Shown here: piece after piece, positions 41,001-52,949 of the stretch
Position numbering within the stretch: position 1 is the first letter of the stretch
Layout: each line of letters starts with the position of its first letter
Origin: Nemertoderma westbladi
Lineage: Eukaryota; Animalia; Xenacoelomorpha
Length of the DNA: 64,000 nt
Direction: 5' to 3'
Assembly (NCBI GenBank): GCA_032718475.1
Contig: JAUCBJ010002874.1
Span: forward strand, 42,558-106,557
Program-made: the position numbers and the translations under genes
The notes under the pieces: model-generated
Database searches by the model: none
What the model was told of the DNA's origin: nothing
Seen by the model: the letters and a program-made list of their open reading frames with translations, nothing else

Positions 41001-42949
41001 GGCATTCATAGTAAATGAGGAAGGGAGAGAACGTAGAGGCATTCATAGTAAATGTATGGAGTAGGGAAAGAACGTAGAGGCATTCATAGTAAATGTATGG
41101 AGTAGGGAAAGAACGTAGAGGCATTCATAGTAAATGTATGGAGTAGGGAAAGAACGTAGAGGCATTCATAGTAAATGAGGAAGGGAGAGAACGTAGAGGC
41201 ATTCATAGTAAATGAGTAGGGAAAGAACGTAGAGGCATTCATAGTAAATGATGGAGTAGGGAGAGAACGTAGAGGCATTCATAGTAAATGTATGGAGGAG
41301 GGAAAGAACGTAGAGGCATTCATAGTAAATGTATGGAGTAGGGAAAGAACGTAGAGGCATTCATAGTAAATGTATGGAGTAGGGAAAGAACGTAGAGGCA
41401 TTCATAGTAAATGTATGGAGGGAAAGAACGTAGAGGCATTCATAGTAAATGTATGAGAGGGAAAGAACGTAGAGGCATTCATAGTAAATGTATGGAGTAG
41501 GGAAAGAACGTAGAGGCATTCATAGTAAATGAGAGAGGGAGAGAACGTAGAGGCATTCATAGTAAATGAGTAGGGAAAGAACGTAGAGGCATTCATAGTA
41601 AATGTAGTGGAGTAGGGAGAGAACGTAGAGGCATTCATAGTAAATGTATGGAGGAGGGAAAGAACGTAGAGGCATTCATAGTAAATGTATGGAGTAGGAA
41701 AGAACGTAGAGGCATTCATAGTAAATGTATGGAGTAGGGAAAGAACGTAGAGGCATTCATAGTAAATGAGGAGGGAAAGAACGTAGAGGCATTCATAGTA
41801 AATGAGGAGGGAAAGAACGTAGAGGCATTCATAGTAAATGTATGGAGTAGGGAAAGAACGTAGAGGCATTCATAGTAAATGTATGGAGTAGGGAAAGAAC
41901 GTAGAGGCATTCATAGTAAATGTATGGAGTAGGGAAAGATCGTAGAGGCATTCATAGTAAATGTATGGAGGGAATGAACGTAGAGGCATTCATAGTAAAT
42001 GTATGGAGTAGGGAAAGAACGTAGAGGCATTCATAGTAAATGTATGGAGGAGGGAATGAACGTAGAGGCATTCATAGTAAATGTATGGAGTAGGGAAAGA
42101 TCGTAGAGGCATTCATAGTAAATGTATGGAGGAGGGAATGAAGAACGTAGAGGCATTCATAGTAAATGTATGTAGGAATGATCGTAGAGGCATTCATAGT
42201 AAATGTATGGAGGAGGGAATGAAGAACGTAGAGGCATTCATAGTAAATGTATGTAGGAATGAACGTAGAGGCATTCATAGTAAATGAGTAGGGAAAGAAC
42301 GTAGAGGCATTCATAGTAAATGAGTAGGGGGAGAACGTAGAGGCATTCATAGTAAATGAGTAGGGGGAGAACGTAGAGGCATTCATAGTAAATGAGTAGG
42401 GAGAGAACGTAGAGGCATTCATAGTAAATGTATGGAGGAGGGAAAGAACGTAGAGGCATTCATAGTAAATGTATGGAGTAGGGAAAGAACGTAGAGGCAT
42501 TCATAGTAAATGAGGAGGGAAAGAACGTAGAGGCATTCATAGTAAATGTATGGAGGAGGGAAAGAACGTAGAGGCATTCATAGTAAATGTATGGAGTAGG
42601 GAAAGAACGTAGAGGCATTCATAGTAAATGAGGAGGGAAAGAACGTAGAGGCATTCATAGTAAATGAGGAGGGAAAGAACGTAGAGGCATTCATAGTAAA
42701 TGTATGGAGTAGGGAAAGAACGTAGAGGCATTCATAGTAAATGTATGGAGGAGGGAATGAACGTAGAGGCATTCATAGTAAATGTATGGAGTAGGGAAAG
42801 AATGTAGAGGCATTCATAGTAAATGTATGGAGGAGGGAATGAACGTAGAGGCATTCATAGTAAATGTATGGAGTAGGGAAAGAACGTAGAGGCATTCATA
42901 GTAAATGTATGGAGTAGGGAAAGAACGTAGAGGCATTCATAGTAAATGT

Positions 42950-45900
42950 ATGGAGGAGGGAATGAACGTAGAGGCATTCATAGTAAATGTATGGAGTAGG
43001 GAAAGATCGTAGAGGCATTCATAGTAAATGTATGGAGGAGGGAAAGATCGTAGAGGCATTCATAGTAAATGTATGGAGGAGGGAGAGAACGTAGAGGCAT
43101 TCATAGTAAATGTATGGAGGAGGGAAAGATCGTAGAGGCATTCATAGTAAATGTATGGAGGAGGGAAAGATCGTAGAGGCATTCATAGTAAATGAGAAGG
43201 GAGAGAACGTAGAGGCATTCATAGTAAATGAGAAGGGAGAGAACGTAGAGGCATTCATAGTAAATGTATGGAGGAGGGAAAGATCGTAGAGGCATTCATA
43301 GTAAATGAGAAGGGAGAGAACGTAGAGGCATTCATAGTAAATGTATGGAGGAGGGAAAGAACGTAGAGGCATTCATAGTAAATGTATGGAGGAGGGAAAG
43401 ATCGTAGAGGCATTCATAGTAAATGAGAAGGGAGAGAACGTAGAGGCATTCATAGTAAATGTATGGAGGAGGGAAAGAACGTAGAGGCATTCATAGTAAA
43501 TGTATGGAGTAGGGAAAGAACGTAGAGGCATTCATAGTAAATGTATGGAGTAGGGAAAGAACGTAGAGGCATTCATAGTAAATGTATGGAGGAGGGAAAG
43601 ATCGTAGAGGCATTCATAGTAAATGAGAAGGGAGAGAACGTAGAGGCATTCATAGTAAATGAGTAGGGGGAGAACGTAGAGGCATTCATAGTAAATGTAT
43701 GGAGGAGGGAAAGATCGTAGAGGCATTCATAGTAAATGTATGGAGGAGGGAAAGATCGTAGAGGCATTCATAGTAAATGAGAAGGGAGAGAACGTAGAGG
43801 CATTCATAGTAAATGAGTAGGGGGAGAACGTAGAGGCATTCATAGTAAATGTATGGAGTAGGGAAAGAACGTAGAGGCATTCATAGTAAATGTATGGAGG
43901 AGGGAATGAACGTAGAGGCATTCATAGTAAATGTATGGAGTAGGGAAAGATCGTAGAGGCATTCATAGTAAATGTATGGAGGAGGGAATGAACGTAGAGG
44001 CATTCATAGTAAATGTATGGAGGAGGGAAAGAACGTAGAGGCATTCATAGTAAATGTATGAAGGAGGGAAAGATCGTAGAGGCATTCATAGTAAATGTAT
44101 GGAGGAGGGAAAGATCGTAGAGGCATTCATAGTAAATGTATGGAGGAGGGAAAGATCGTAGAGGCATTCATAGTAAATGAGAAGGGAGAGAACGTAGAGG
44201 CATTCATAGTAAATGTATGGAGGAGGGAAAGAACGTAGAGGCATTCATAGTAAATGTATGAAGGAGGGAAAGATCGTAGAGGCATTCATAGTAAATGTAT
44301 GGAGGAGGGAAAGATCGTAGAGGCATTCATAGTAAATGTATGGAGGAGGGAAAGAACGTAGAGGCATTCATAGTAAATGTATGAAGGAGGGAAAGATCGT
44401 AGAGGCATTCATAGTAAATGTATGGAGGAGGGAAAGATCGTAGAGGCATTCATAGTAAATGTATGGAGGAGGGAAAGATCGTAGAGGCATTCATAGTAAA
44501 TGTATGGAGGAGGGAAAGAACGTAGAGGCATTCATAGTAAATGTATGAAGGAGGGAAAGATCGTAGAGGCATTCATAGTAAATGTATGGAGGAGGGAAAG
44601 ATCGTAGAGGCATTCATAGTAAATGTATGGAGTAGGGAAAGATCGTAGAGGCATTCATAGTAAATGTATGGAGGAGGGAAAGAACGTAGAGGCATTCATA
44701 GTAAATGAGAAGGGAGAGAACGTAGAGGCATTCATAGTAAATGAGTAGGGGGAGAACGTAGAGGCATTCATAGTAAATGTATGGAGGAGGGAAAGAACGT
44801 AGAGGCATTCATAGTAAATGTATGGAGGAGGGAAAGATCGTAGAGGCATTCATAGTAAATGTATGGAGGAGGGAGAGAACGTAGAGGCATTCATAGTAAA
44901 TGTATGGAGGAGGGAAAGATCGTAGAGGCATTCATAGTAAATGTATGGAGGAGGGAAAGATCGTAGAGGCATTCATAGTAAATGTATGGAGTAGGGAAAG
45001 AACGTAGAGGCATTCATAGTAAATGTATGGAGGAGGGAAAGATCGTAGAGGCATTCATAGTAAATGTATGGAGTAGGGAAAGAACGTAGAGGCATTCATA
45101 GTAAATGTATGGAGGGAAAGAACGTAGAGGCATTCATAGTAAATGTATGGAGGAGGGAAAGATCGTAGAGGCATTCATAGTAAATGTATGGAGGAGGGAG
45201 AGAACGTAGAGGCATTCATAGTAAATGTATGGAGTAGGGAAAGAACGTAGAGGCATTCATAGTAAATGTATGGAGTAGGGAGAGAACGTAGAGGCATTCA
45301 TAGTAAATGTATGGAGTAGGGAAAGAACGTAGAGGCATTCATAGTAAATGTATGGAGTAGGGAGAGAACGTAGAGGCATTCATAGTAAATGTATGGAGTA
45401 GGGAAAGATCGTAGAGGCATTCATAGTAAATGTATGGAGTAGGGAAAGAACGTAGAGGCATTCATAGTAAATGTATGGAGTAGGGAAAGATCGTAGAGGC
45501 ATTCATAGTAAATGTATGGAGTAGGGAAAGAACGTAGAGGCATTCATAGTAAATGTATGGAGGAGGGAAAGATCGTAGAGGCATTCATAGTAAATGTATG
45601 GAGGAGGGAGAGAACGTAGAGGCATTCATAGTAAATGTATGGAGTAGGGAAAGAACGTAGAGGCATTCATAGTAAATGTATGGAGTAGGGAGAGAACGTA
45701 GAGGCATTCATAGTAAATGTATGGAGTAGGGAAAGAACGTAGAGGCATTCATAGTAAATGTATGGAGTAGGGAGAGAACGTAGAGGCATTCATAGTAAAT
45801 GTATGGAGTAGGGAAAGATCGTAGAGGCATTCATAGTAAATGTATGGAGTAGGGAAAGAACGTAGAGGCATTCATAGTAAATGTATGGAGGAGGGAAAGA

Positions 45901-47500
45901 TCGTAGAGGCATTCATAGTAAATGTATGGAGGAGGGAGAGAACGTAGAGGCATTCATAGTAAATGTATGGAGTAGGGAAAGAACGTAGAGGCATTCATAG
46001 TAAATGTATGGAGGAGGGAGAGAACGTAGAGGCATTCATAGTAAATGTATGGAGTAGGGAAAGAACGTAGAGGCATTCATAGTAAATGTATGGAGGAGGG
46101 AAAGATCGTAGAGGCATTCATAGTAAATGTATGGAGGAGGGAGAGAACGTAGAGGCATTCATAGTAAATGTATGGAGTAGGGAAAGAACGTAGAGGCATT
46201 CATAGTAAATGTATGGAGTAGGGAGAGAACGTAGAGGCATTCATAGTAAATGTATGGAGTAGGGAAAGAACGTAGAGGCATTCATAGTAAATGTATGGAG
46301 TAGGGAGAGAACGTAGAGGCATTCATAGTAAATGTATGGAGTAGGGAAAGAACGTAGAGGCATTCATAGTAAATGTATGGAGTAGGGAGAGAACGTAGAG
46401 GCATTCATAGTAAATGTATGGAGTAGGGAAAGAACGTAGAGGCATTCATAGTAAATGTATGGAGGAGGGAAAGATCGTAGAGGCATTCATAGTAAATGTA
46501 TGGAGGAGGGAGAGAACGTAGAGGCATTCATAGTAAATGTATGGAGTAGGGAAAGAACGTAGAGGCATTCATAGTAAATGTATGGAGTAGGGAGAGAACG
46601 TAGAGGCATTCATAGTAAATGTATGGAGTAGGGAAAGAACGTAGAGGCATTCATAGTAAATGTATGGAGTAGGGAGAGAACGTAGAGGCATTCATAGTAA
46701 ATGTATGGAGTAGGGAAAGATCGTAGAGGCATTCATAGTAAATGTATGGAGTAGGGAAAGAACGTAGAGGCATTCATAGTAAATGAGTAGGGGGAGAACG
46801 TAGAGGCATTCATAGTAAATGTATGGAGGAGGGAGAGAACGTAGAGGCATTCATAGTAAATGTATGAAGTAGGGAAAGAACGTAGAGGCATTCATAGTAA
46901 ATGTATGGAGTAGGGAGAGAACGTAGAGGCATTCATAGTAAATGTATGGAGTAGGGAAAGAACGTAGAGGCATTCATAGTAAATGTATGGAGTAGGGAGA
47001 GAACGTAGAGGCATTCATAGTAAATGTATGGAGTAGGGAAAGATCGTAGAGGCATTCATAGTAAATGTATGGAGGAGGGAGAGAACGTAGAGGCATTCAT
47101 AGTAAATGAGTAGGGGGAGAACGTAGAGGCATTCATAGTAAATGTATGGAGTAGGGAAAGAACGTAGAGGCATTCATAGTAAATGTATGGAGGAGGGAAA
47201 GATCGTAGAGGCATTCATAGTAAATGTATGGAGTAGGGAGAGAACGTAGAGGCATTCATAGTAAATGTATGGAGTAGGGAAAGATCGTAGAGGCATTCAT
47301 AGTAAATGTATGGAGTAGGGAAAGAACGTAGAGGCATTCATAGTAAATGAGTAGGGGGAGAACGTAGAGGCATTCATAGTAAATGTATGGAGGAGGGAGA
47401 GAACGTAGAGGCATTCATAGTAAATGAGTAGGGGGAGAACGTAGAGGCATTCATAGTAAATGTATGGAGTAGGGAAAGAACGTAGAGGCATTCATAGTAA
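42950..47500. repeat. Sub-domain I: GATCG-rich 41-mers with GGAGGAGGG tails, then alternating GGGAAAG/GGGAGAG monomers
   Basis: Dense GGAGGAGGGAAAGATCG at 43.0-45.2 kb; dimer-like alternation at 45.2-47.0 kb. Confidence 0.8.
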
Positions 47501-47974
47501 ATGTATGGAGGAGGGACGGAGCGTAGAGGCATTCATAGTAAATGTATGGAGTAGGGAAAGAACGTAGAGGCATTCATAGTAAATGTATGGAGGAGGGAAA
47601 GAACGTAGAGGCATTCATAGTAAATGTATGGAGTAGGGAAAGAACGTAGAGGCATTCATAGTAAATGTATGGAGGAGGGAAAGAACGTAGAGGCATTCAT
47701 AGTAAATGTATGGAGGAGGGAAAGAACGTAGAGGCATTCATAGTAAATGTATGGAGTAGGGAAAGAACGTAGAGGCATTCATAGTAAATGTATGGAGTAG
47801 GGAAAGAACGTAGAGGAATTCATAGTAAATGTATGGAGTAGGGAAAGAACGTAGAGGCATTCATAGTAAATGTATGGAGTAGGGAAAGAACGTAGAGGCA
47901 TTCATAGTAAATGTATGGAGTAGGGAAAGAACGTAGAGGCATTCATAGTAAATGTATGGAGTAGGGAAAGAACG

Positions 47975-48680
47975 TAGAGGCATTCATAGTAAATGTATGG
48001 AGGAGGGACGGAGCGTAGAGGCATTCATAGTAAATGTATGGAGGAGGGACGGAGCGTAGAGGCATTCATAGTAAATGTATGGAGGAGGGACGGAGCGTAG
48101 AGGCATTCATAGTAAATGTATGGAGGAGGGACGGAGCGTAGAGGCATTCATAGTAAATGTATGGAGGAGGGACGGAACGTAGAGGCATTCATAGTAAATG
48201 TATGGAGGAGGGACGGAGCGTAGAGGCATTCATAGTAAATGTATGGAGTAGGGAAAGAACGTAGAGGCATTCATAGTAAATGTATGGAGTAGGGAAAGAA
48301 CGTAGAGGCATTCATAGTAAATGTATGGAGTAGGGAAAGAACGTAGAGGCATTCATAGTAAATGTATGGAGGGGGGACGGAGCGTAGAGGCATTCATAGT
48401 AAATGTATGGAGGAGGGACGGAGCGTAGAGGCATTCATAGTAAATGTATGGAGGAGGGACGGAGCGTAGAGGCATTCATAGTAAATGTATGGAGGAGGGA
48501 CGGAGCGTAGAGGCATTCATAGTAAATGTATGGAGGAGGGACGGAACGTAGAGGCATTCATAGTAAATGTATGGAGGAGGGACGGAGCGTAGAGGCATTC
48601 ATAGTAAATGTATGGAGTAGGGAAAGAACGTAGAGGCATTCATAGTAAATGTATGGAGTAGGGAAAGAACGTAGAGGCAT
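47975..48680. repeat. Duplicated 9-monomer (369-bp) unit carrying six GGGACGG monomers
   Basis: Four ACGGAGCG, one ACGGAACG, one ACGGAGCG, then canonical monomers; starts at 48001 and again at 48370. Private SNP GGGGGGACGG at 48371. Confidence 0.88.
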
Positions 48681-51600
48681 TCATAGTAAATGTATGGAGG
48701 AGGGAAAGAACGTAGAGGCATTCATAGTAAATGTATGGAGTAGGGAAAGAACGTAGAGGCATTCATAGTAAATGTATGGAGTAGGGAAAGAACGTAGAGG
48801 CATTCATAGTAAATGTATGGAGGAGGGAAAGAACGTAGAGGCATTCATAGTAAATGTATGGAGGAGGGAAAGATCGTAGAGGCATTCATAGTAAATGTAT
48901 GGAGGAGGGAAAGAACGTAGAGGCATTCATAGTAAATGAGTAGGGGGAGAACGTAGAGGCATTCATAGTAAATGTATGGAGTAGGGAAAGAACGTAGAGG
49001 CATTCATAGTAAATGTATGGAGGAGGGAAAGAACGTAGAGGCATTCATAGTAAATGAGTAGGGGGAGAACGTAGAGGCATTCAAAGTAAATGTATGGAGG
49101 AGGGAATGAACGTAGAGGCATTCATAGTAAATGTATGGAGGAGGGAAAGAACGTAGAGGCATTCATAGTAAATGTATGGAGGAGGGAAAGAACGTAGAGG
49201 CATTCATAGTAAATGAGTAGGGGGAGAACGTAGAGGCATTCATAGTAAATGTATGGAGGAGGGAATGAAGAACGTAGAGGCATTCATAGTAAATGTATGG
49301 AGTAGAGAAAGAACGTAGAGGCATTCATAGTAAATGTATGGAGTAGGGAAAGAAGAACGTAGAGGCATTCATAGTAAATGTATGGAGGAGGGAATGAAGA
49401 ACGTAGAGGCATTCATAGTAAATGTATGGAGTAGAGAAAGAACGTAGAGGCATTCATAGTAAATGTATGGAGTAGGGAAAGAACGTAGAGGCATTCATAG
49501 TAAATGTATGGAGGAGGGAAAGATCGTAGAGGCATTCATAGTAAATGTATGGAGTAGGGAAAGAACGTAGAGGCATTCATAGTAAATGTATGGAGTAGGG
49601 AAAGAAGAACGTAGAGGCATTCATAGTAAATGTATGGAGGAGGGAATGAAGAACGTAGAGGCATTCATAGTAAATGTATGGAGGAGGGAATGAAGAACGT
49701 AGAGGCATTCATAGTAAATGTATGGAGTAGGAAGAGAACGTAGAGGCATTCATAGTAAATGTATGGAGTAGGGAAAGAACGTAGAGGCATTCATAGTAAA
49801 TGTATGGAGGAGGGAATGAAGAACGTAGAGGCATTCATAGTAAATGTATGGAGTAGGGAAAGATCGTAGAGGCATTCATAGTAAATGTATGGAGGAGGGA
49901 AAGAACGTAGAGGCATTCATAGTAAATGTATGGAGTAGGGAAAGAACGTAGAGGCATTCATAGTAAATGTATGGAGGAGGGAAAGATCGTAGAGGCATTC
50001 ATAGTAAATGTATGGAGTAGGGAAAGATCGTAGAGGCATTCATAGTAAATGTATGGAGGAGGGAATGAAGAACGTAGAGGCATTCATAGTAAATGTATGG
50101 AGTAGGGAAAGAAGAACGTAGAGGCATTCATAGTAAATGTATGGAGTAGGGAAAGAACGTAGAGGCATTCATAGTAAATGTATGGAGTAGGGAAAGAACG
50201 TAGAGGCATTCATAGTAAATGTATGGAGGAGGGAAAGATCGTAGAGGCATTCATAGTAAATGTATGGAGGAGGGAATGAAGAACGTAGAGGCATTCATAG
50301 TAAATGTATGGAGTAGGGAAAGAAGAACGTAGAGGCATTCATAGTAAATGTATGGAGTAGGGAAAGAACGTAGAGGCATTCATAGTAAATGTATGGAGTA
50401 GGGAAAGAACGTAGAGGCATTCATAGTAAATGTATGGAGTAGGGAAAGAACGTAGAGGCATTCATAGTAAATGTATGGAGTAGGGAAAGAACGTAGAGGC
50501 ATTCATAGTAAATGAGGAGGGAAAGAACGTAGAGGCATTCATAGTAAATGTATGGAGGAGGGAAAGAACGTAGAGGCATTCATAGTAAATGTATGGAGTA
50601 GGGAAAGATCGTAGAGGCATTCATAGTAAATGTATGGAGTAGGGAAAGAACGTAGAGGCATTCATAGTAAATGTATGGAGTAGGGAAAGAACGTAGAGGC
50701 ATTCATAGTAAATGTATGGAGGAGGGAAGGAACATAGAGGCATTCATAGTAAATGTATGGAGTAGGGAAAGAACGTAGAGGCATTCATAGTAAATGAGGA
50801 GGGAGAGAACGTAGAGGCATTCATAGTAAATGTATGGAGTAGGGAAAGATCGTAGAGGCATTCATAGTAAATGTATGGAGTAGGGAAAGAACGTAGAGGC
50901 ATTCATAGTAAATGTATGGAGGAGGGAAAGATCGTAGAGGCATTCATAGTAAATGTATGGAGGAGGGAAAGAACGTAGAGGCATTCATAGTAAATGTATG
51001 GAGTAGGGAAAGAACGTAGAGGCATTCATAGTAAATGTATGGAGTAGGGAAAGAACGTAGAGGCATTCATAGTAAATGTATGGAGGAGGGAAAGATCGTA
51101 GAGGCATTCATAGTAAATGTATGGAGGAGGGAAAGAACGTAGAGGCATTCATAGTAAATGTATGGAGTAGGGAAAGAACGTAGAGGCATTCATAGTAAAT
51201 GTATGGAGGAGGGAAAGATCGTAGAGGCATTCATAGTAAATGTATGGAGGAGGGAAAGATCGTAGATGCATTCATAGTAAATGTATGGAGGAGGGAATGA
51301 AGAACGTAGAGGCATTCATAGTAAATGTATGGAGGAGGGAAAGATCGTAGAGGCATTCATAGTAAATGTATGGAGGAGGGAATGAAGAACGTAGAGGCAT
51401 TCATAGTAAATGTATGGAGTAGGGAAAGATCGTAGAGGCATTCATAGTAAATGTATGGAGGAGGGAAAGAACGTAGAGGCATTCATAGTAAATGTATGGA
51501 GGAGGGAATGAAGAACGTAGAGGCATTCATAGTAAATGTATGGAGGAGGGAAAGATCGTAGAGGCATTCATAGTAAATGTATGGAGGAGGGAATGAAGAA

Positions 51601-52949
51601 CGTAGAGGCATTCATAGTAAATGTATGGAGTAGGGAAAGAACGTAGAGGCATTCATAGTAAATGTATGGAGGAGGGAAAGATCGTAGAGGCATTCATAGT
51701 AAATGTATGGAGGAGGGAATGAAGAACGTAGAGGCATTCATAGTAAATGTATGGAGTAGGGAAAGATCGTAGAGGCATTCATAGTAAATGTATGGAGGAG
51801 GGAAAGAACGTAGAGGCATTCATAGTAAATGTATGGAGTAGGGAAAGATCGTAGAGGCATTCATAGTAAATGTATGGAGGAGGGAATGAAGAACGTAGAG
51901 GCATTCATAGTAAATGTATGGAGTAGGGAAAGATCGTAGAGGCATTCATAGTAAATGTATGGAGGAGGGAAAGAACGTAGAGGCATTCATAGTAAATGTA
52001 TGGAGTAGGGAAAGATCGTAGAGGCATTCATAGTAAATGTATGGAGGAGGGAATGAAGATCGTAGAGGCATTCATAGTAAATGTATGGAGGAGGGAATGA
52101 AGAACGTAGAGGCATTCATAGTAAATGTATGGAGTAGGGAAAGATCGTAGAGGCATTCATAGTAAATGTATGGAGGAGGGAAAGAACGTAGAGGCATTCA
52201 TAGTAAATGTATGGAGGAGGGAAAGAACGTAGAGGCATTCATAGTAAATGTATGGAGGAGGGAATGAAGAACGTAGAGGCATTCATAGTAAATGTATGGA
52301 GGAGGGAAAGATCGTAGAGGCATTCATAGTAAATGTATGGAGGAGGGAAAGAACGTAGAGGCATTCATAGTAAATGTATGGAGTAAGGAAAGAACGTAGA
52401 GGAATTCATAGAAAATGTATGGAGTAGGGAAAGAAGAACGTAGAGGCATTCATAGTAAATGTATGAAGGAGGGAAAGAAGAACGTAGAGGCATTCATAGT
52501 AAATGTATGGAGGAGGGAATGAAGAACGTAGAGGCATTCATAGTAAATGTATGGAGTAGGGAAAGAAGAACGTAGAGGCATTCATAGTAAATGTATGAAG
52601 GAAGGAACGTAGAGGCATTCATAGTAAATGTATGGAGGAGGGAAAGAACGTAGAGGCATTCATAGTAAATGTATGGAGGAGGGAATGAAGAACGTAGAGG
52701 CATTCATAGTAAATGTATGGAGGAGGGAAAGATCGTAGAGGCATTCATAGTAAATGTATGGAGGAGGGAAAGAACGTAGAGGCATTCATAGTAAATGTAT
52801 GGAGTAGGGAAAGAACGTAGAGGTATTCATAGTAAATGTATGGAGTAGGGAAAGAACGTAGAGGCATTCATAGTAAATGTATGGAGGAGGGAGAGAACGT
52901 AGAGGCATTCATAGTAAATGAGTAGGGAAAGAACGTAGAGGCATTCATA

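Noticed and set aside
42081-42287. Single plus-strand 68-aa ORF
   Set aside because: A chance stop-free path through alternating 44- and 37-bp monomers.
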